In this document: one piece after another, positions 56,485 through 64,000 of the stretch | How positions within the stretch are numbered: the first letter of the stretch is position 1 | How the letters are laid out: each line of letters opens with the position of its first letter | NCBI RefSeq assembly: GCF_009914755.1 | Contig: NC_060929.1 | Reading direction: 5' to 3' (one strand) | Length of the DNA stretch: 64,000 nucleotides | From: the human T2T-CHM13v2.0 reference genome, Homo sapiens | Notes under the pieces: model-generated | Told to the model about the DNA's origin: nothing | Seen by the model: the letters and a program-made list of their open reading frames with translations, nothing else | The model's database searches: none | Made by a program: the position numbers and the translations under genes

Positions 56485-59400
56485 AGTGACGTCAACAACA
56501 TGGTGGAACAGGAGGCTCCTGACTCTTCCTCCCACAGACATAACAAGTAAACACCTAGACATGGATTGATTGTCTCCAGACGAAGCCAAAATCCACTTTA
56601 AAGACTCTGAGGCAACTGGGGACTAAGAAAATATCCATATCAATATAAATGGGAAAAGTGAAGATACACCTATGAACCAACCCTACACTGAGCACAGCAC
56701 GTTGTAATTGAGAAGGAAACCCCAGCTCCCAGCTATTTTCTGGAGTGAGAGGCATATACCGCACAGAGAATGTCCAACTTTTACAGTTCCTGCAGGAGGG
56801 CATGGCTGTTACATCACCTTTTTTGAAAAATGGCTGCGACAAGGCATCAGGAAATTTTTCTCAAGCACAAAAAACAAAGAGGAGTTTTGAACCACATGGA
56901 CACTCCCAGATGCTGTAGCATCTCCTAGAAAGAGTTTGGCTGCACACTTTCCCAGCAGCTCTCTGTCATTCTGGCCTGCATCAAGCCAGTATCAGGAAGC
57001 ATACAAAGAAAATTAAAAAAAAAAAAAAATGAATCTCTTCCAGCCTAAACGGGAAGCCTAACACTCTCTGTACCCTTCTCTCCTGGTTTGTTTCAGTGAT
57101 AACTCAAGACAAAAAAGTTCCCTCTGCAAGAAGGGTAAGAACCATCTGTTTTATTGCAAATGGGAGTGGGTCCAGCCCTACAATCTCTCCCAGAAAAGAG
57201 GCTGGAGGCCTCTACGTGTAAGAATAGGAGCAACAACACTCCTCACCACTCTTCCCCTGGCTTGTTTCTGAGGAAAATTTCTTCAGTTTCTTATTATAGG
57301 GAGGCTAGGGGACATCTCTGTTCTGAAAGAGAAAGGGATAACTCCCTGTGTACTTTTCCTTGGCTTAATTCAATGATAACTCCAGACCAGAATACTCATC
57401 CTACAAAAGGGGTGAGAAGGCAGCTTGCTTGAACAAAAGGGCAAGAACTTTCTGTGCCCTTTTCCCCTGCTTTCTCCAGCAATAATTCCAGTCCTGAAAT
57501 CATTCCATAGAAATAGGTTACAGGCCTCTGCCAGCAAAAACAGTAAGAATGGCACTCCTCAGCTTTCTCCCTCAGCTTGCTCCAGAAATTAACTCTTTCA
57601 ATTTTTCATTGAAAGGAGGCAAGGAGACTTCTCCATGCCTGAAATGGAAAATAGACACTGCATGTGCCTTCCTTGCTGACTTGCTTTGGTGATAACTCCA
57701 GACCAGGAATCTCTGTAAGGAAGGTATGGTATTTAAACTTACTCAAACAGGAGAGTGGGTACTCCCCATGTTTTCTGTCCTGGTTTGCTCCAGCAGTTAA
57801 TCCAGATAGGAAGAATCTCCCTTAGCTTCTGTACATATTGAACATTTTAACATTTATACCCTCTACTCAAAGGACTGGCTCATAAATTACCTAACTGGGA
57901 GTTCACAAAGCTCTGCACTTCTTAGACTCTTATACTAAAGAGAACAAATAGATGACTTTTAAACTTGTAAATGTCCAGCAGCCATCTCTCCCCATTCAAA
58001 GTGAGCAGTATGATAAACAGTACTGACATCTGCCTTAGACCCTCTCCTTGACAAAGGGCAGAAGGTATAGAAAGTAAATTCTGGCTCTAAGCTTCTCTGC
58101 AAGGAAAGAATAAATTTGACCACAAATTTAACACTCTATGCTCTTCAACTGCATGTGAAGGGACTGCCTTCTATCTCAACTCTCTCAACGCAATAGAACA
58201 ACATTTTGACACTTTCTAATTTCTTGGATGCCACTAAGAACAATGGCAACAGGTTGGACAAGCATAAAGAGTTTTGAGGAACCTAACATCTCTACCAAGG
58301 CTGAATAAGGAGGAATATCTCTGACACAAAACCAGTTTAACAAGACTTTGAAGAAGTCTTTTGTTTTGTTTTGGATTTTTCTTTGTTTATCTAATGCACA
58401 TAAAAATGCATAAAGTCAAGGAAAGTGAAGATGGGAAAATATATTCCAAATGAAAGCACAAGATAAAGCTGCAGAATAAAATCCCAATGAAACAGAGATA
58501 TGTGGTTTACCTGACAGAAAATTCAAAAAGATAGCTGTAAAGATGTTCACTGTGGTAAGGAGAGCAATGAGGGAACAAACTGAGACCATCAACATAGAGA
58601 TAGAAAATATTAAAGGTAATAAACAGAAATAATTGACCCAAAGTACACAATAGCTGAACTTAAAAATTCAATGGAAGTGTACAACAGCAAACTAGATCAA
58701 GCAGAAAAAAAATAATTAGCGAACTTGAAGACAGGTTATTTAAAATCATCCAATCTGATGAACAAAAAGAAAACAAAAGGTGAAGACAACCTAAAAAAAT
58801 TTATAATACTATCAAGTAAAATAATATATGCATTATTTATGTACCAGAAGGAGAAAAGAAAGAGAGAGACATAAAACATGTTCAAATAAATAATGGCAGA
58901 AAAATGCCCAAGTTTGGAAGAGGAAATATAAATTCAGATCTAGAAAGCTCAATGAATACCTGATATGATTATTTCCAAGGGACACACATCAATTTACATC
59001 ATAATCAAATTGTTAAAATTTGAAGACAAAGAGAGAATATTGAAAGCTGCAAGAGGAAAGTGACCTGTTACATACAAGAGGAGCTCCATTACACTCTCAT
59101 GGGATTTTTCAACAGAAACCCTGGAGGCCAGAAAGGAATGGAATGCTATACTTCAAAAGCTAAACAAACAAACAAAGACTAGCAATCAAGAATACTGACC
59201 CCAAAAATACTGTCATTCAAAAATAAGGCAGAGATAAAAAAATTTTCCCAGACAAAGGCTGAGATATTTATTATCCCTACATTTTCCTTACAAAAAATGC
59301 TAAAATGAGTCCTTAAAACTAAAGAAAAGTATTTCTAAGTAGTAATATGAAAATACAAAACTCACTGGTGAAAACAACTATAGCTACAATAATTTCTTAG

Positions 59401-61408
59401 CGGCACAAAGTATAAAACATATAAAATTTGCAAACAAAACAAATTGTGGGGCAAGGGGAGCAAAAGTGTAGACTTCTCGCAGGTGATAAAAGTTAAGTCA
59501 TTATCAGCTTAATACAGCCTTTTATTAGTATAAGATTTTTTATGCAAGCCTCATGGAAACCACAAAGCAAAAATGTTTGTTTATATATACACAAAGGATT
59601 AAAACAAATAATTCAAATACTATCAGTAAAGAAAATAATTAAAGCACAAAATAAGAAAGCAAGAAAAACAAAGGATCTAAAAATTAACCAGAAAACAATA
59701 TTTAAAATTTCAATAGTAAGTCCTTACCTATTAACAATTACTTTAAATGTAAATGAATTTAATTACCCAACAAAAGGCAGCAAGTGGCTGAATAAATTAA
59801 AAGAAAATCCAATTGTATGCTATCTATAAGACTCACTTCACTTCTAATAACACACATAGACTAAAGGTAAATAAATGGAAAAAGATATCCCACAGAAATA
59901 AAAAACAAATGGTGTGTGTAACAATATGTATAACAAATAAAATATACATTAAGTCAAAAACTGTAAAAAGAGAAAAAGAAAGTCATTATTTTATGATAAC
60001 ATGGTCAATTTATCAAGGAGATATAGTAATTGCAAATACGTATGTACCTAACATAAGAACACCTAAATTCATTAAGCAAATACTAATAAATCTGAAGGGA
60101 GAGATAGACTGTAATACTATAATAGTAAGATATTTCAATATCCCACTTCAACATTAGACAGAAAATTTAGACATAAAATTAATAAGGAAACATTACACTT
60201 GAACTACACTTTATAACATATATACTTAAAAGATATTTACAGAACATTTCATCTAACAGCAACAAAATATACCTTCTTCTAAAGTTGACACAAAACATTC
60301 TTCAAGATATATTACAACTTAAGTCACAAAACCATTTTTAGTACATGTAGTAAGAATTGAATCATATTGAGTATCTTTTCTGACCTCACTGGCACAAAAT
60401 CAAAAATCAATAATGACAGCAATCTTGGAGAACTCACAAATATTTGGAAATTAAACATCATGCTACTGAACAACCAAAGAGTGAGAGAATGATTTTAAAA
60501 AAAAAATTAAAATTATCTTGAGATGCACAAAAATGGAAACATACCTTACCAAAACCTATTGGATGTAGCAAAAGCACTACTAAGAGGAAAGTTTATAGCA
60601 ATAAAATGGCTACAACAACAAAAGAGAAAGATCTCAAATAAACAACCTAATGTTACACCTCAAAAAACTAGAAAAGACAGAAAAACGTAAGCCCAAGTTT
60701 AGCAGAATAAAGGAAATAACAAAGAAGGCAGAAATAAAATCAAGTCTAGAAAAATAACAGGAAGTATTTTAAAAACCAAAGTTTTTTTCAAAAAGATAAA
60801 ATCAGCAAACATTTAGCTAGACTAACAAAGAAAGGTCAATTTTTCTGATGAACACAGATGCAAAATAACAGAAACCTGAACTCCATGTCACATAAAAAAT
60901 TAGTTATCATGATCAATGATATGTGAGGGATGCAAGATTAACTTAACATATGTAAATCAATGTGATATACTATATTCACCAACTGAAGGGCAAAAACCAC
61001 ACGATCATTTCAATAGATACAGAAAAAAATTAACAAAATTCAATATCCATTCATATCAAAAGCTCTCAAAAAATGGATATAGAGGGAATGTGTCTCAACA
61101 CACTAAAGGCCACTTATAACAAGTGCACAATTAACAGCCTACTGAATGAGGAAAAATTTGAAAGCTTTTCCTCTGAGATCAGAGACTTGACAAGAATATT
61201 CATTCTTGTTATTTTTTTAAACATAGTAGTAAAAGTCCTTGTGTAAGCAATTAGGCGACAGAAGAGGAAAGAAAGGAAGGAAGGAAGTGATGGAGGGAGG
61301 GAGGGAAAGAAACAGAAAGAGAAAGAAAGGAAGAAAGAAACAAAGGCAGAAAAAGAAAGAAAGAAAGAAAAAGAAAGAAAGAGAGGGAGGGAGGAAGAAA
61401 GAGAAAAA

Positions 61409-61465
<57 letters not shown>

Positions 61466-62675
61466 AGAGGGAGGGAGGGAGGAGAAAGAAAGGCAGGAAG
61501 GAGAAACAAAGAAAGAAAAAGAAGAAAGAAAGAAATAAAGAAAAAGAAAGAAAAAAGAAAAGAAAGAAAGAAAGAGAGAAAGAAAAGACAGAAAGATGAA
61601 AAGAAAAGAGAAATGAAAGGAAAAGAGAAGAAAAGAAAGAGCATCCATATAGGAAAGGAAGAAATGAAAGGTTTTTTGCTAATGTCATGATCTTATACCC
61701 AGAAAACCCTAAAGACTCCACTAAAAACCTGTTAGAATGCATAAACTAATTCAGCAATGTTGCAGTTTACAAAATTCACATACAAAAATTAGTACCATGT
61801 CTATACACTAATAATAAACTATCTGAAAAGAAATTAATAAAACAATCTCATTTACAATAGCACTAAAAAATACATAGAATTAAATTTAATCCAAGAGTGA
61901 AAGATCTGTGCACCACAACAATAAAACTTTGTGGAAATAAATTGAAGAAGACAAATACATCAAAAGATATCCCATGTTCATGGACTGGAAGAATTAATAC
62001 CCCCAAAATGTTCATACTATCCAAAGCAATCTACAGTTTTAATAAGTCACTATTTAAACATGCCAATGACATTCTTCATAGAAATAGAAGAAAAATCCTA
62101 AAACATGTATAGAAAAAGAAAAGACCCCAAATAGACAAATCAATTATTGGAAAAAAGAAAAAAGTTAGAATCATCACACTGTCTGATTTCAAAATATATT
62201 ACAAAGCTACTGTGATCAAAAGAGTATGGAACTGGTATAAAAACAGACACATCAACCAATGGAACAGAATAGAAAGCTCAGAAAAAAAATCCAAGTAATT
62301 ACAGTCTATTGATTTTCAACAAAAGTTTCAGGAATACACAATGGAAAAAGAATACATAAATGGATGTTGAGACAACTGGATATCCACATGCAGAAAAATA
62401 AAATTGGACCCTTAGCTTACAACATATAAAAATTCAACTCAAAATAGGTAAAATACTTCAGTGTAAGGCCCTAAAACTGTAAAGCTACTACAAGAAAACA
62501 GTGGAAAAACTCCACAACTTGGGTTTCGGCAATGGTGTTTTTGAATAGGACTCCTAAAGGACAGCAACAAAAGCAAAATTAGACAAATGGGATTGCATCC
62601 AAGTAAAAATATTCTGCACAACAAAAGAAACAACTAACAGACTGAGAGAAAACCCACAGATTGGGAGAAAATACT
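56485..62675 (+). mobile_element. Near-full-length old L1 (L1M2/L1MA-type): repeat-containing 5'UTR ~56485-58390, decayed ORF1 ~58400-59310, decayed ORF2 ~59710-62675
   Basis: 5' end gacgtcaacaacatggtggaacagg. Endonuclease-like peptide SIVSPYLLTITLNVNEFNYPTK and RT-distal peptide KDIPCSWTGRIN. Many stops and frameshifts. Confidence 0.85.
61260..61640. repeat. ~380-bp purine microsatellite (GAAA/GGAA/GGGA)n inside L1 ORF2
   Basis: Visible directly; flanked by gcaattaggc and gcatcca, which are near-adjacent in L1 ORF2. Confidence 0.95.
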
Positions 62676-62687
62676 GAAACTTCAGCA

Positions 62688-62766
62688 TTTCCTCAGTTCC
62701 GGGACCTACTGCTGATATCAAAATCCACTGATGCTCAAGTCTAATATATAAAATGGAATAATATTT
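62688..62766 (+). mobile_element. Left part of a MER2 Tigger MITE
   Basis: gttccgggacct...gatatcaaaatccactgatgctcaagtc...ataaaatgg...tattt. Confidence 0.75.
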
Positions 62767-64000
62767 AATTTTGTTTATGTGGTGTATCAAATCTATTGAT
62801 TTGCGTATGTTAACCCATCCCTGCATTCCTGTTATGAAACCCACTTGATCATGGTGAATTATCTTTTTGATATGCTGTTGAATTCAGTAAGGTAATATTT
62901 TGTTGAGGATTTTTGCATCTATGTTCATTAGGAATATTTGTGGTTTTCTTTTTTTGTTATGTACTTTTCTGATTTTGAATTAGGGTGATACTGACTTCAT
63001 GGAATGATTTAGGGAGCAATTCTTTATCTTTTGTAATATTTTAAATAGGATCAGTACCAATTCTTCATTAAGTGTCTGATAAAATTCTGCTGTGAGTCCA
63101 TCTGGTTCTAGACCTTTTTTTGTTGGAATTTTTTTTGGTTACCATTTCAATCTCACTGTTTGTTACTGGTCTGTACAAAGTTTCTATTTCTTCCTGGCTT
63201 AATCAAGGAAGGTGGTATATTTCCAGGAATTTATCCCTCTTCTCTAGGTTTTTTAGTTTATGCACATAAAGGTGTTCATGGTATCCTTAAATGATCTTCT
63301 GTATTTCTGTAGTATCAGACGTAATATCTTCCATTTTGTTTCTAATTGAACTTATTTCAATCCTCTCTCTTCTTTTCTTGGTTAATCTCACTAATAGTCG
63401 ATTAATTTTTATTATATTTTTGAAGAACCAGCTTTTTGTTTCATTCACATTTTGTATTTTTTTGTTTAAATTTTATTTAGTTCTGCTCTGGTCTTTGTTA
63501 TTCTTTTCTTCTACTTGGTTTCGGTTTGGTTTGTTCTTCTTTCTCTAATTTCTTGAAATGTGACACTAGATTATCTATTTGTGGTCTTTCAGACTTTTTG
63601 ATGTAGGCATTTAATGCTATGAACTTTCCTCTTAGCACTGCTTTTGCTGAATCCCAGAGGTTTTCATAGGTTGTGTCACAATTATCCATCAGTTAAAATA
63701 ATTTTTAAATTTCCATCTTGATTTCATTGTTGATCCATTGATCATTCAGTAGCAGGTTATTTAATTTCCATGTATTTGTATGGTTTTGAGGGTACCTTTG
63801 AGAGTTGATTTCCAATGTTATTCCACTGTGGTCTGAGAGAGTATTTGATAAAATTTACATTTCCTTACATTTATTGAGGCTTGTTTTGTGGCTTATCATA
63901 TTGTCTATCTTGGAGAATGTTCCTTGTGCTGATGAGTAGAATATATATTCTGCAGTTGTTGGGTACAATGTTCTGTAAATATCTGTTAAGTCCATTTGTT
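62767..64000 (-). mobile_element. L1PB-like ORF2 segment, continuing off the window end
   Basis: Minus-strand peptides [24 protein letters not shown] and [30 protein letters not shown]. Confidence 0.9.

Overview
This is AT-rich primate (human-like) nuclear DNA that looks intergenic or deep-intronic and is dominated by interspersed repeats. I find no host protein-coding gene, RNA gene or CRISPR array. The long ORFs in the supplied track come from L1 ORF2, THE1 internal sequence, Alu or microsatellites. Content: a HERV-L pol fragment; ERV1 solo LTRs (MER51, MER67, MER31 types); an MLT2 LTR; many MaLR elements, including a complete THE1C provirus nested in a THE1D provirus; about 12 L1 pieces; 11 Alus; L2/MIR relics; MER2, MER5 and MER20 DNA transposons; and long microsatellites. 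The best-supported unusual features are: an L1PA3-like twin-primed insertion whose tail seems to carry serial short 3' transductions; a 490-nt microhomology deletion in a second young L1; the provirus-in-provirus with a microhomology deletion of the outer 3' LTR; a 316-bp higher-order repeat in an old L1 5'UTR; and a microsatellite born inside an Alu TSD. Candidate exons and recursive-splice motifs are speculative. I cannot support a claim of a new biological system from this sequence alone. Subfamily names come from recalled consensus sequences and need RepeatMasker/Dfam confirmation.
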